Both the position numbers and the translations under genes were made by a program. The notes below the pieces were generated by a model, which made no database searches, was not told where the DNA came from, and saw nothing but the letters and a program-made list of their open reading frames with translations. From Chloropicon primus (Eukaryota), in contig CP060762.1 of NCBI GenBank assembly GCA_023205875.1, positions 1-64,000 of the forward strand: a DNA stretch of 64,000 nt, read 5' to 3'. Position 1 is the stretch's first letter. Each line of letters starts with the position of its first letter. Below are positions 48,648-59,387 of this stretch, piece after piece.

Positions 48648-51600
48648 ATGCAGGTTCAAGTGTTTCCGCCAGAGGTGACGTTCCGGGCAGTGACGCCAGG
48701 CATAGTGCACTCGACCATTATAGCGATCAAGAACGTGGACACGAGGGCTCGCATCATTAAAGTGAGCCACCCGTCTTCCTCCGTGTTCAAGTTGAATGGG
48801 TATCAGACGAGTCTGAAGCTGGCTCCGGGACTGGAGACGGCTTTGGAGGTGAGCTTCCAGGCGGACGCCAGCGACAGGGACTACGAGGACGAGCTGCTTG
48901 TGGTGACGGAGACGGAGACCTTGAGCGTGCCCCTCAAGGCGTTCCAGCCTTTGCCCAAGCTCGTGGTGGAAGATGGTCCGAGGGTGGACCTCGGTGTCGT
49001 AGTCAAGGGCACTCCGGTCTCCAAGGAGTTGGTGGTCGCCAACGTAGGGGAGAGCGCTTTGACGTTCAACTTTAGGAAGGACTTCAACGATCAGCTCGAC
49101 ATCGAGCCAAAGGAGGGCGTGCTAGGCACAGGAAGCAAGATGACCCTGTCCGTGAAGTACGCCGCGGAGCAGCTCGGCATGTTTGCGGCTCCCCTAGAGA
49201 TTGAGTACAAGAGAAATGGTGGCAGCCAGGACGAGGAGGGGGAGGAGGAGAAGAGCGAGGCCAAGGGCGAGGACAAGGACTTGTCCTTCACGACGAAGTT
49301 CCAGATCACGGCCTCGGTGGTGAACCACCAGATTGAGCTGCTTACGACCAAGAGGAAGCCCCTCCCATCGCCCCTGGACCTGGGCACGAAGTACTACGGG
49401 GAAGTTGTGGTGATGAAGTGCCTTCTGGTCAACAACGGGCCGAACAGCGTCAAGTTCGGTTCCCACGTCGGTACGTCGACGGAAGTGAACACCTACATCA
49501 ACGACCAGGAGCAAGCGAATGACATTATGGCGTTGGGAGCCAAGCTGAAACCGCAAAGCATCTTTGCGCTTGAGCCCAAGAGGGGCACGATCCCGGCATA
49601 CAGCAAGATAGACGTGAAGCTGACCTTCCACCCGCAGAAGTCCTACGACATCAAGGGCTTCACCGCCACGCAGACGGCGGTGGGCAACTCCCTGGAGACG
49701 TTCGATTTCCTCTCCGTCATTCAGTTCGAGAGGCTTCCTTCTCACACGGTGTCCCTGCCTTTGCTGGGGAAGGCCACGACGCTTGCGGTGGACCTCCTGC
49801 CAAGCATGCTTCACTTCAACCCCATCGCGGTTCACGAGCACCAGGATGCCATGGTTCAGATCAAGAACTCGAACGAGCTTCTTCCTCTGGACTTCAAGGT
49901 CAGGAACACGCCCAACTTCAAGGCAAGTCCCTTGAGGGGGCTCCTTCAGCCCGGGGAGACCATGTCCCTCAAGGTTAGCTTTGCCCCGCGAACTCTTGGC
50001 AACCACCGGGAGAGGATTTCCATAGAGAGCGTCAACCACAAAGGTCTTGTGCTGTCCACGCAGCACCTTACTTTGGTGGGAAGGGCGAACGGGATCATCA
50101 ACAAGCAGCCGATGGTTGGGGGACCGGATGCCCTTCCTGATGACTTTAGAAAGAAGGAGCAGTTCGTGGAGCAAGACGGGGAGAGGAACGTGGTCGGCAC
50201 GCAAGAACTCATGACGAAGAGCAAGAAGAAGGACCTGGGAAGCAAGACGCCGCCCGCGAACAACTTGGACGTGACTGTGAAGAGAGAGAAGTACCAGTAC
50301 TACAAGATGTTCCTCAAGTCCGAAAGGCAGAAGAGGACCATGAAGACGAAGTACAACCAGGGCAAGCGCGACGATCCGGTTAACATGGGGATCAAGCAGG
50401 CCTCGGGTCTCAAGGAGCCCATTATCCCGCTTCCCGTGGCGGACGAGCCGCTGTGGTTGGACGAGAGGTACACCGGAACTAACGCGACGTATGTCCGTCC
50501 CAAGAACAGGAAGCCCCTTCCCGAGGAGCAGGCGAGGGCCTTGTCCATGCTTCTGAAGGACAAGCCAGAGAAGCAGACGCAGCTGAAGGAATGCTCGAGG
50601 GCCCTGCCTCTGTCAGATTTCGGAAAGCTTGCGGTCGGCCCCAGGAGGCTCGACTTCGGGACGATCACCGCCATGAGCAAGGAGGAGAGGTACCTGATCG
50701 TGACGAACGACCTCAACGCCCACGTCCAAGTGACTCTGCTCACGCATGACATCCCAAACCTTTCGGAGAGCCAGAGGCAGAACCAGATCATACCGCCGCG
50801 CACCACGGCGGCCTTTCCGATCACCCTCCACTGCACTGCAGCCCAGTCCTTCAAGCGGTCGGTTTCGTACTTGATCAACAACATTCACTTGTTCGAGTTT
50901 GACGTCGTCGCGGAAGTCGTGCCAGTGAGCCTCAACGTCAGCAAGGACAACCTGCTGTTCGAGATGAACCAGGAGCACTTCGGGGAGAAGATGGAAGAGG
51001 TCTTCACCTTGTCGAACCCAAACAACCACTTTGCTGAGTTCAGCTGGGAATGCAACAACAAGAACTTTTCGGTGACCCCCATGGAAGGCAGCATTGAGAA
51101 GAACTCGTCGACGAAAGTCTCGGTGCTCTGGCACCCCATCATGCAGTCGCCGAAGTCCAACTCTTTGGGGATCCACCAAGGCGAACTTGTGCTTAGCGTT
51201 GTGGGTGGCACGACCTTGAGGAAAAAAGTGATTCTGGAGGGGAGATTCCCCGACAGCAGGATCATCATCAAGGACAAGATGGTCGACTTCGGGATGGTCC
51301 CCATCGGCGTGCCTCAGCTGCGGCACCTACTCCTAAAGAACCAGGGGACGTCAGAGGGCTTCTTCAAGATCGACTGGCAGAGCAAGCTGGGAGAGACCCT
51401 CGAGAAGGATCTGAAGATGCAGGTCATCCCAGAGAGGGGGCATATTCCCGCGGGGGGCAGCGTCGATGTGGAAATCTGGACGAGCCCACAAAAGCCGATG
51501 AAGTTCCAAGTCGGGATACCGATTGTGACGAGCGGGAGCCGTCCGCTGACCATTCCGGTCACGGGAGAGTCGATGATTCCCGAGCTCGTTCTGGCCCAAG

Positions 51601-54600
51601 ATGAGTTTGACTTCAAGTCCATCTACATCGGCGGAGCCGGCAGGCTCCCGATGACCATCTGCAATCAGTCCATCATCTCCGCGTCCCTCATCGTGGATCT
51701 GGTGGAATACCCAGAGTTCTCCTTGGAGATAGACAGGGAAGACTGGAGCACGGATGATTACGACGAGTGCCCTCTAATCGTGGACGAGAAGCAGAAGTCT
51801 AATCCCCCCGGCGATAAGGCGAGGGGGTCTCGCTACAAGCTGACGGTCAAGGAAAACCACAAGCTCACGTTCAACTTCTGCTTCAGGCCAAAGAACGTGA
51901 ACAAGCACGCCTTTGAGCTGCCCATGGAGATCGCTGGTATGGCCGTGATCCCGGACCACATCAAGAGGGTTGTCGTGGCCGAGGGACTCAAGCCCCGTTT
52001 GGTCTTGTCGGAGGACGTCGTTGACTTCAAGACAAGGATTGTTATCAGAAACAACGCGATCAAGATACCTTACTCGCTGGAGTTCAAGCTGAAGAACAAC
52101 GACAAGAACGACGTGATTTGCAAGCTGGGTACCCCTGTTGGAAACATCAGCGCGACGTCGAGCCCGGTGTTCCAGTTCACGCCCATGGAGAGCGAAATCA
52201 AATCCGGGGAGGAGCTCCTGGTCCGAGCTTCCTTCCTGCCTAGGGAAAACAAGCAGTACAGAGCGATTTTGCCGATCTACCTTGACGGGAACGAGGAGAA
52301 GTCCTACGTCGACGTCGAGGTCTTTGGGGAAGGAAAGTTCCCCGGGCTGGTGTTCGACAGGCACGAGGTGGTCCTCCCTCCCGTTCCGATCGGGTTCAAG
52401 TCTCACGCCACGTTCAACATCCTGAACGACGGTTACGACAACCTCGAGCTGAGGTATCACCTCCCGACGGACACCGAGCGACTTCCGATCAAAATCGACT
52501 TTCCTGAGGGGAAGATGATCGGTATCGCAAAGGGAAGCTTGCCTGTGGAGGTGTCCCTTGATTCAGACGTGTCGATGTTCATGGCGTTCACGGGGAACAT
52601 AGAGTTCCTCGATGAGGATGGGCAGAGATACGTCATCGCCATATCAGGAACGGTGGACAACTCCATCATTACGACGTATGACTTCCTCAAGGCGAACGAG
52701 TCCGAGAGGGCGTTGGCGCTCACGGACAACAAGGGAAACTCTGTGGAGGCAGAGGGCGTGGAGAGGTGCAAGTACCTCGTGAATTTGGTGGAGAACGAGT
52801 ACGCTTTGCCGGAGCAGATTTTGATGGGCAGCAAGATCACCAAACCGAGTGCGCACATCTCGAGGTTCCTCGGCTCGATCACGCTGAAGGGCGTCTTCGG
52901 CGTGGACATTGTGAACGACTTGATCTCTTCCAAGGGCAGAGGAATCATTGATCTCATCGAGACCCTGAGCGGGAAGCAGGTGCCCGGGAAGATTAGCAAG
53001 CCGAGCTCCAACAGGAAGGAGCAGGCCCAGCAATACCTCAGCCAGTACGAGAAGATTCTGACCTTCCTTCGGTCTTACGGGGCTGCCCTGAATTTTGTGA
53101 AGCCTGAGTTTCTGCTTGACGTGGAGGACTACAAGAGGATCATCTCGGCCAGGGAAGTCTCGGGAAAGATCTCGAAGAACATCATGAAGGAGTGGGAGAA
53201 CATCGAGAAGCGCTTTGATGCGGTGAGCAGCTACTGCTGGACGGCCCTCACTTTCCAGGTGGTGAAAATTTTTGTGGTGTCTCGGGTGAGCCTCAAGTCC
53301 CTGAGGTCCCTCCCCATTGCGTCCGCCATTGAGATGGGAAAGAGCTACTTCACCAAGTCGAACGTGTATTCCGTTTCGGAGACGATTCTTCTCAAGTGGA
53401 TGACCGCGCACTTTTTCCAGGCTCTGCCGGGCGTGGCCACGTGCATCACGAACTTTGACCACGACCTCAGGAACGGCCTGGCCTTCTACAGCTTGCTGGT
53501 GGGATACTGGCCAAGCCTGGGCGGCTACTCCAAGTCCCTGAAGAAGAACCCAAGGGGCGATAACCAGGTTCGCGAGAACGCGGAACTGGTGATCAGGATG
53601 CTCCAGTCGCTGCAGCTGCCGTACGTGCTCCAACCGGAGGACATCCTGAACCCGGATCCGCGTGACATGCTGCTCTACGTGGTGTACCTGTACCAAACGC
53701 TGCCCCAGTTCATCCCCGTGTCGACCCTGGAGTTCAGCATGCTGCTGGGCGAGGAGAAGATCAAGAGCATCGAGCTGAAAAACCCTTCGAAGAAGACCAT
53801 TGCTTACATGGCGAGGCTCGAGGGCGACGCCAGCTTCCAGATAACTCACTCGAACATCCGCTTGGAACCGGGGGAGACGATTCAGATACCAGTGAAAGTG
53901 ACGCAGAGCATCGCGAAGCCTGTGTTCTCCAACCTGATTCTCGCGAGCAGAAGGGACGGCAATGCCTACGCCTCGACCCTTGTTTTCACCTTGAAGACGA
54001 GCGTGAGGACCCGCTCCCCGTTGAAGGTCATCGAGACGAAGACTCTGCTTTACAAGAACGTGATCCACGACTTTGAGGTGGAGAACCTGTTCAAGAGCAC
54101 CTGCGAGTTCAGGATCACGGTGCTGAACCAAAGCACCCCGAGGCAACAGAAATTCCCAGAGGCTTTTGGGTGCGACAAGAGCTCCGTGTCTCTCAGGTCC
54201 GGGGAGTCCGCCAGGCTGTCCCTTCACTTCTTGCCGTTTGTTCTGGAGAACCACTCCTGCTTGGTCTGCTTCGAGAGCGAGGAATATGGAGAATTCGTGT
54301 ACGAGGTGAGAGGGGAGGTGGGCCTCCCAGACCCACTGAACACGGTGAAGCTGCAAGCGATGTCGAACGAGTCCGTGGTCCAGGACGTGGCCGTCACTTT
54401 CAACAACCCGTTGATGGACAACGCGAGGAGGACCTACCTGGAGAAGCACCCGCTCGCCAGGCAGAAGGAGGTGGCGGAAAGGATCAGGAAGAACTTTTAC
54501 CTTGGGGATGAGATGCAGAAGAACGTGCTCAAGTACCACGTGCAGAACTCGAGCCACCTCATCTCGTGCCCGAAGACCATCTTGCTCAAGCAGGGCGTGG

Positions 54601-57125
54601 GAAGGCAGTCGAAGGCTGGGCTTGGCGGAGCGAAGAAAGCAGCGCCGCTGTACTCCATGGATCAGGAGACCCCCGAGAAGCCGGCGGTGAAGCCGAAGCA
54701 GCCACTCTCCCCCAGCATGAAGGACTCCATGGAAGATGGCCCGAAGTATAACATCATTCCGCTCTCCTTCAACCCCAAATCGGCGGGCGTGTACCCCGCG
54801 AGGCTGATCGTGTCCTCCTACGACGTGAGGGTGTACGACATCGAGTTCCAAGTCACCGCGGAGATCAAGAGCGCGGAGATCATGTTTGACTCCCAGGCCA
54901 GGAAGGCGGTCACCCAAGGCATTCCCATCGTGAACAGCGGGGAGAAGCCCATGGCCGTGAAAGGAATTGTGACGGGCGACTCCTTCAGCGGCCCCATGGA
55001 GATCATCGTGCCGTCCAACCAGACCGGCAACTACCCGTTGACGTTCAACCCGGCTTGGCTCGGCCGTTACGAGGGCAGCATCGAGTTGACGATCCCGTCC
55101 ACGGAGGAGAAGTCCGTGTACAAGCTGGTGGGCAACGCCGACGAGCCCTTGGCCGAGAAGCACCTCGTGATCGAGGCCCAAGTCCGCAAGAAGGAGGAGA
55201 CGATCATAACGGTGCCGAACGTCTATGGAACCAAGCAGGAGGCCCAGTACACCGTGTACTCCGACCTTCAGGAGATTTGCGGGGAGCCTTCGCTGACCTT
55301 GAGGTCGGGCAACAAGGGGGAGTACAAGATCACGACTTGCAGCTCGAAGTCTGGAACCTTGAACGGGAGCATCACCTTCACGACCAGCAAGGGCTTCTAC
55401 GTGTGGTACACGATTGAGCTTCGGGTCAAGAGCCCGGAGGAGGCTGGAAGGCTGCAGGTGTCCACCCAGGCCAGGAGCGCGGTGAGGATACAGCTCTCCC
55501 TGGCCAACCCGATCGAGGAGGACCTCATCTTCAGCGTCCACCACAGCGGGCAAGGCCTTCATGGGCCGGAGGAGCTCATCCTCCCCGGCGGGGGCAAAGC
55601 CAAGTACGAGATGGCGTACCACCCTCTCGTCGTGGGCAACTACGAGGGCAGTGTGACCTTCGTCAACGACCTCGTGGGGGAGTTGTGGTACAAGCTCCTC
55701 CTCTCCTCGCTTGCCCCTGAGCCCAAGGCCATGCCGGAGTTCCAATGCGAGTTGGGCCAGCACCAGTCCAAGGAGCTGACCATCACCAACCCGTCGAGCG
55801 ACTACCTTGTGTTCCAGCTGTTCTCGGACAACCCTCGGAACTTCACTTTCTCGCCCAAGACCGTGAGCCTGGAGCCGGACTCGGAGGCCAGAGTTGTGGT
55901 GAACTACGTGCCCTCCAGCCTGTCCCACGCGGAGTCCGGCAAGATCACGGCCAAGTGCGTGACCATGGACCTCGCTCCGATCGAGTACACGTGCACCGGG
56001 AGGGGCCTGGCCCCCCACGCGGAGACCGTGGTGACTGTGGCCTCGGGGATAGGGCAGAGCAGCAGCGGGATGGTCATGTGGCAGAACCCGTTCCCCTTCC
56101 AGGTGACCATTGACATCCTTTCGGACATCGGGATGATGAGCACGGACGACGACGGCGGCCACCACCAGGGGCCCTTCAGCCTGCTGATCAAGAAGATGAA
56201 GGGGATCACCGTGAACCCGTCGGGAGCGCTCCAGGTCCCGTTCAGCTTCGCCCCAAACGCCCTCAAGGCCTACAACGGGGACATCGGCGTGCTGTACTAC
56301 AACAGGGAGGAGGACGTCAAGGTGGTCTGGAAGTACCGGATCGAGGGAATCGCGGAGAGCTTCTTGGCCAACATGTCCACCAAGCTGACCTGCAAGGCGA
56401 GGAAGATGCTGACTGAGGTCATCCACGTCGACGTCAGCGGGAAGGACACGGAGTTCAAGGTGGATGACTACTACGGCAAGGACGAGGAGTTCGAGGTGGA
56501 GATCGTCCCCTCGGCGAGGGTGGACCTCGAAGCCATCGCGAAGTTCCTGCGGGTCAGGACGGTGACCGGGATCATCAGCGACGCGAGCTGCGCGCTCGAG
56601 GTCACGTACGCCCCCCAGAGGACCATGTCCATGTCCGTGGACATCGTGATCGTGAAGAAGAACGGGGGGAGGTGGAGGTTCGAGCTCCTGCTGGAGGCGA
56701 CGAGCCCCGAGATCGACGGGAAGATCTTCCTGGAGGCCAACGTCGGGGACGTGGCCCACCGGAGCCTCACCCTGCCGGCCTCCATGTCGGGCTCCCCGTT
56801 CTCGGTCTACTTTTACGAGCCCCCCACCGTGTTCGACGTGAAGACCACCGGGTCGCCCGCGAGCCCAGAGATCGGGATCTCCTTCACGCCCAAGGAGTTC
56901 GGAAGGGAGTACGTCGCCGTCCTCATCGTGGAGACGGAGGAGAGCCAGTGGATCCACGAGGTCCACGGCACTTACCCCCCCTACGTCCCACCGGACAAGT
57001 CCCAGATGAAGGGCAAGGTCGCCGAGGAGCTCAAGAAGGTCCTGTCCCCCGCAAGAAAGTCCTCGTCGTCGTCGCCCCGCAGGGAGAGGAAGGCCCTCAC
57101 CCCGCGAGGGGGCTCGAGGAAATAA
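48648..57125 (+). CDS. CFAP47: Cilia- and flagella-associated protein 47 (many ASH/Ig-like domains plus a CH domain), 2825 aa, intronless
   Basis: VFPPEVTF..KLAPGLE..F ASH start. Repeated LDFG/F.V.P..G.I.P motifs. CH domain ETILLKWM..ITNFDHDLRNGL..LYQTLPQF. Confidence 0.9.
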   Translation: MQVQVFPPEVTFRAVTPGIVHSTIIAIKNVDTRARIIKVSHPSSSVFKLNGYQTSLKLAPGLETALEVSFQADASDRDYEDELLVVTETETLSVPLKAFQPLPKLVVEDGPRVDLGVVVKGTPVSKELVVANVGESALTFNFRKDFNDQLDIEPKEGVLGTGSKMTLSVKYAAEQLGMFAAPLEIEYKRNGGSQDEEGEEEKSEAKGEDKDLSFTTKFQITASVVNHQIELLTTKRKPLPSPLDLGTKYYGEVVVMKCLLVNNGPNSVKFGSHVGTSTEVNTYINDQEQANDIMALGAKLKPQSIFALEPKRGTIPAYSKIDVKLTFHPQKSYDIKGFTATQTAVGNSLETFDFLSVIQFERLPSHTVSLPLLGKATTLAVDLLPSMLHFNPIAVHEHQDAMVQIKNSNELLPLDFKVRNTPNFKASPLRGLLQPGETMSLKVSFAPRTLGNHRERISIESVNHKGLVLSTQHLTLVGRANGIINKQPMVGGPDALPDDFRKKEQFVEQDGERNVVGTQELMTKSKKKDLGSKTPPANNLDVTVKREKYQYYKMFLKSERQKRTMKTKYNQGKRDDPVNMGIKQASGLKEPIIPLPVADEPLWLDERYTGTNATYVRPKNRKPLPEEQARALSMLLKDKPEKQTQLKECSRALPLSDFGKLAVGPRRLDFGTITAMSKEERYLIVTNDLNAHVQVTLLTHDIPNLSESQRQNQIIPPRTTAAFPITLHCTAAQSFKRSVSYLINNIHLFEFDVVAEVVPVSLNVSKDNLLFEMNQEHFGEKMEEVFTLSNPNNHFAEFSWECNNKNFSVTPMEGSIEKNSSTKVSVLWHPIMQSPKSNSLGIHQGELVLSVVGGTTLRKKVILEGRFPDSRIIIKDKMVDFGMVPIGVPQLRHLLLKNQGTSEGFFKIDWQSKLGETLEKDLKMQVIPERGHIPAGGSVDVEIWTSPQKPMKFQVGIPIVTSGSRPLTIPVTGESMIPELVLAQDEFDFKSIYIGGAGRLPMTICNQSIISASLIVDLVEYPEFSLEIDREDWSTDDYDECPLIVDEKQKSNPPGDKARGSRYKLTVKENHKLTFNFCFRPKNVNKHAFELPMEIAGMAVIPDHIKRVVVAEGLKPRLVLSEDVVDFKTRIVIRNNAIKIPYSLEFKLKNNDKNDVICKLGTPVGNISATSSPVFQFTPMESEIKSGEELLVRASFLPRENKQYRAILPIYLDGNEEKSYVDVEVFGEGKFPGLVFDRHEVVLPPVPIGFKSHATFNILNDGYDNLELRYHLPTDTERLPIKIDFPEGKMIGIAKGSLPVEVSLDSDVSMFMAFTGNIEFLDEDGQRYVIAISGTVDNSIITTYDFLKANESERALALTDNKGNSVEAEGVERCKYLVNLVENEYALPEQILMGSKITKPSAHISRFLGSITLKGVFGVDIVNDLISSKGRGIIDLIETLSGKQVPGKISKPSSNRKEQAQQYLSQYEKILTFLRSYGAALNFVKPEFLLDVEDYKRIISAREVSGKISKNIMKEWENIEKRFDAVSSYCWTALTFQVVKIFVVSRVSLKSLRSLPIASAIEMGKSYFTKSNVYSVSETILLKWMTAHFFQALPGVATCITNFDHDLRNGLAFYSLLVGYWPSLGGYSKSLKKNPRGDNQVRENAELVIRMLQSLQLPYVLQPEDILNPDPRDMLLYVVYLYQTLPQFIPVSTLEFSMLLGEEKIKSIELKNPSKKTIAYMARLEGDASFQITHSNIRLEPGETIQIPVKVTQSIAKPVFSNLILASRRDGNAYASTLVFTLKTSVRTRSPLKVIETKTLLYKNVIHDFEVENLFKSTCEFRITVLNQSTPRQQKFPEAFGCDKSSVSLRSGESARLSLHFLPFVLENHSCLVCFESEEYGEFVYEVRGEVGLPDPLNTVKLQAMSNESVVQDVAVTFNNPLMDNARRTYLEKHPLARQKEVAERIRKNFYLGDEMQKNVLKYHVQNSSHLISCPKTILLKQGVGRQSKAGLGGAKKAAPLYSMDQETPEKPAVKPKQPLSPSMKDSMEDGPKYNIIPLSFNPKSAGVYPARLIVSSYDVRVYDIEFQVTAEIKSAEIMFDSQARKAVTQGIPIVNSGEKPMAVKGIVTGDSFSGPMEIIVPSNQTGNYPLTFNPAWLGRYEGSIELTIPSTEEKSVYKLVGNADEPLAEKHLVIEAQVRKKEETIITVPNVYGTKQEAQYTVYSDLQEICGEPSLTLRSGNKGEYKITTCSSKSGTLNGSITFTTSKGFYVWYTIELRVKSPEEAGRLQVSTQARSAVRIQLSLANPIEEDLIFSVHHSGQGLHGPEELILPGGGKAKYEMAYHPLVVGNYEGSVTFVNDLVGELWYKLLLSSLAPEPKAMPEFQCELGQHQSKELTITNPSSDYLVFQLFSDNPRNFTFSPKTVSLEPDSEARVVVNYVPSSLSHAESGKITAKCVTMDLAPIEYTCTGRGLAPHAETVVTVASGIGQSSSGMVMWQNPFPFQVTIDILSDIGMMSTDDDGGHHQGPFSLLIKKMKGITVNPSGALQVPFSFAPNALKAYNGDIGVLYYNREEDVKVVWKYRIEGIAESFLANMSTKLTCKARKMLTEVIHVDVSGKDTEFKVDDYYGKDEEFEVEIVPSARVDLEAIAKFLRVRTVTGIISDASCALEVTYAPQRTMSMSVDIVIVKKNGGRWRFELLLEATSPEIDGKIFLEANVGDVAHRSLTLPASMSGSPFSVYFYEPPTVFDVKTTGSPASPEIGISFTPKEFGREYVAVLIVETEESQWIHEVHGTYPPYVPPDKSQMKGKVAEELKKVLSPARKSSSSSPRRERKALTPRGGSRK

Positions 57126-57486
57126 AGACAGAGGACGATGATGAGGGATGAAACCTGGGTGATTCATTCGTTCATGCTTTCTTTTTTTTTTCGGGGGGAG
57201 GGGAGGGGAGGGGAGGGGAGTTTCCTCTACCAAAAAAGGTAAACAAACAAACCACCCACCATGTAATACCATATAGAATATAATGCAGCAAACCAGCAAA
57301 CCCAAACCCAAGCCGCACCGAAACCGAAACCGAAACCGAAACCGATGGACCAAGCCGCGCTCCCCTCCGCCCCCGCCCCAAGATCGATCAGTTCGGAGCA
57401 TTCGAGGAGGAAAACCAAGAATGCGAATGCACCTCGTCTCGTCGGAGGAGAGGACGAGGAGGAGGAGAGCGTTACGTTACGTTACG

Positions 57487-59186
57487 ATGGCGACGCCTAG
57501 GACGGACAAGGATTACTGGCTCATTCTGAGTGCGGAGGCCCGCGGAGGCGAGGAGGACACCATCGATGTGAGCGAGAGTTTCAAGGATGTCGAGGCGGAG
57601 GACGGGGAGACGGGGCTCGAGGACGGGGAGTCAAACCACATGGGCTGGCTTCCGCTCCTCTCGCGGATTGTGCGCGGGTCGGATGTCACGCGGCTGATGG
57701 TTCCCATCTCTTGCTCCGCCCCTGTCTCGAGTCTGGAGGTCTCGCACTCGTTCATGCGGTCCGGGGGGGCCCTGTGCCGCCTGAGGGACCGCTTCGGCGA
57801 CCCCGGGGCGAACGCCTTGGACCGGATGGAGAGCGTCCTGTGCTGGTTCCTCTCCACCCTGGAAAGGGTCGAGGGCCGGGACGCGGTCGGGAAGAGGCCC
57901 CACATGCCCATCATCGGGGAGCGGAACGTGGAGTTCTTCGACACGAGGGCGGGGGGCATCGCTTACGCCGTGTCCGAGCAGCTGAGTTACGACCCGAGGG
58001 CCGTGGCCTGCTTCGTGGAGGCGCCCGACATGGGGATCCAGTACAGCAGCGTGAGCAGGCCGCTGGTGACGCTCGGGGGGAACTCCGTCCGGATGGGGTT
58101 CCACGGGACGAGCCACCTCTCCGTGAGCTTCGGCCAAGGCAGGAGGGAGAGGTACCTGATCGAGTCCAAGCCCCACCTCGTGATCCGGAACGTCTCGCTC
58201 GGCCGGTGCTTCGCGGAGCACGCCGGGAGCCTGGTACTGAGGTGCCGGGAGACCGGGTTGGTGGCGCACGCGGACTTCCGCCCCGCGGGGTTCATGGGGG
58301 TCGCCGGGGCGCCCCCCCACCAGGTAAGCGGCGGCATCTTCAAGGAGGCCACCATGGACTGCGTCAAGAGGCTTGGTGGGAACTGGACGGACAAGGTGTA
58401 CTGCTGGAGCGCGGTCCTGGAGGCGGTGAGGGGGCAGCAGAGGAAACGGGTGTCCGAGGAGGACTTGGCGGTCCTCTTCGACTACGAGGAGTACCACAGG
58501 GAGTGCGAGATCGACAAGATCCCCTGCTCTGAGAGGTGAGTCACGACAACAACACGGGAGCGTTACGTTTTTTCTGACAACCGACGACAACCGTCGTTCA
58601 TCCGTGTCGCAAAATGAATCCTGTGCAAAGGGTGAGAGTGAGGCTGGACGTGGACGGGCTGCTCTCTCGCAACGTGTGGTCCAAAGTCAACCAGTGCTTG
58701 AAGGACGGGGACCTCGAGGCCGCTGCGCAGCTCAAGACGAAGCTCACGCACACCCAGAAAAAGTACCACAGGATGAGGCGGGCCACCCTCGAGCCGCACT
58801 CTCCCGCTTTCTTCCGCAGAAGTAAGGAGAGGTTCCCGTGTACCGTGAGCATCGACAGCATCGACAAGGGCGATCCTGAGGTACGAGAGAAACGAATCGC
58901 TTGGACCCCTTTCCCCTTTCCTCGCACACCCATCTTCTCCTCGTGCTGACACCCCTTCCAGTACTCTATTGAGCAGGTCGCGGACGGCAGCGGGGACATC
59001 GGGTTCTGGTCTCCGGCCCTGGAGGCCATCCGGTGTTTCGTCCAGCCCTTCCCCCAGCTGGCACGGCAGCCCAAGCAGGAGCCAAGGGAGGACCTTGACA
59101 TCGAGCTGGAGGCGCCCTCGCCCGTCCTGTACTCGCCGCTCCCGGTCGAGCACGGCGGGGATACATGGACCATCTCCCTGCACTAG
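57487..59186 (+). CDS. Oxysterol-binding-protein-related protein (ORD only, divergent); exons 57487-58535, 58631-58880, 58962-59186
   Basis: GSDVTRLMVP, DRMESVLCWFLS, KRPHMPIIGE, EQLSYDPR, P.LVIRNV.LG, G.W.DKV, SRNVWSKV..L..GD..AA..K. Both GT-AG introns rejoin in frame. An upstream ATG at 57421 is possible. Confidence 0.82.
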
Positions 59187-59387
59187 CGAGTTCTCAACAG
59201 CACCAGAAGGACCAACGAAATGAAACACAATGGACGCTTCGTTCCCATCCTCAGCACCTGATATAATATCATCATTATCATCATCAGCCTTAGCCTGGCC
59301 ACCTTTGGCTTCCATCGCCTCTATCCATCCTGGCCTTTTTTCATTTTTTTGCTCGAGAGGGAGAGAGGGAGAGAGTGTGGGGCGACG

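Noticed and set aside
52644..57401. 1585-aa antisense ORF over CFAP47, and similar long shadow ORFs over SQE, SPB1, the transporter, the DOMON gene, CCDC180 and HAS1
   Set aside because: Expected from strong GC3 codon bias on the sense strand. The translations have no recognisable motifs.
2644..59186. Apparent lipid/isoprenoid gene cluster (SQE, VPS13, TSC10, VTE4, LipB, ORP)
   Set aside because: Different pathways and compartments, interspersed with unrelated housekeeping genes; consistent with chance.
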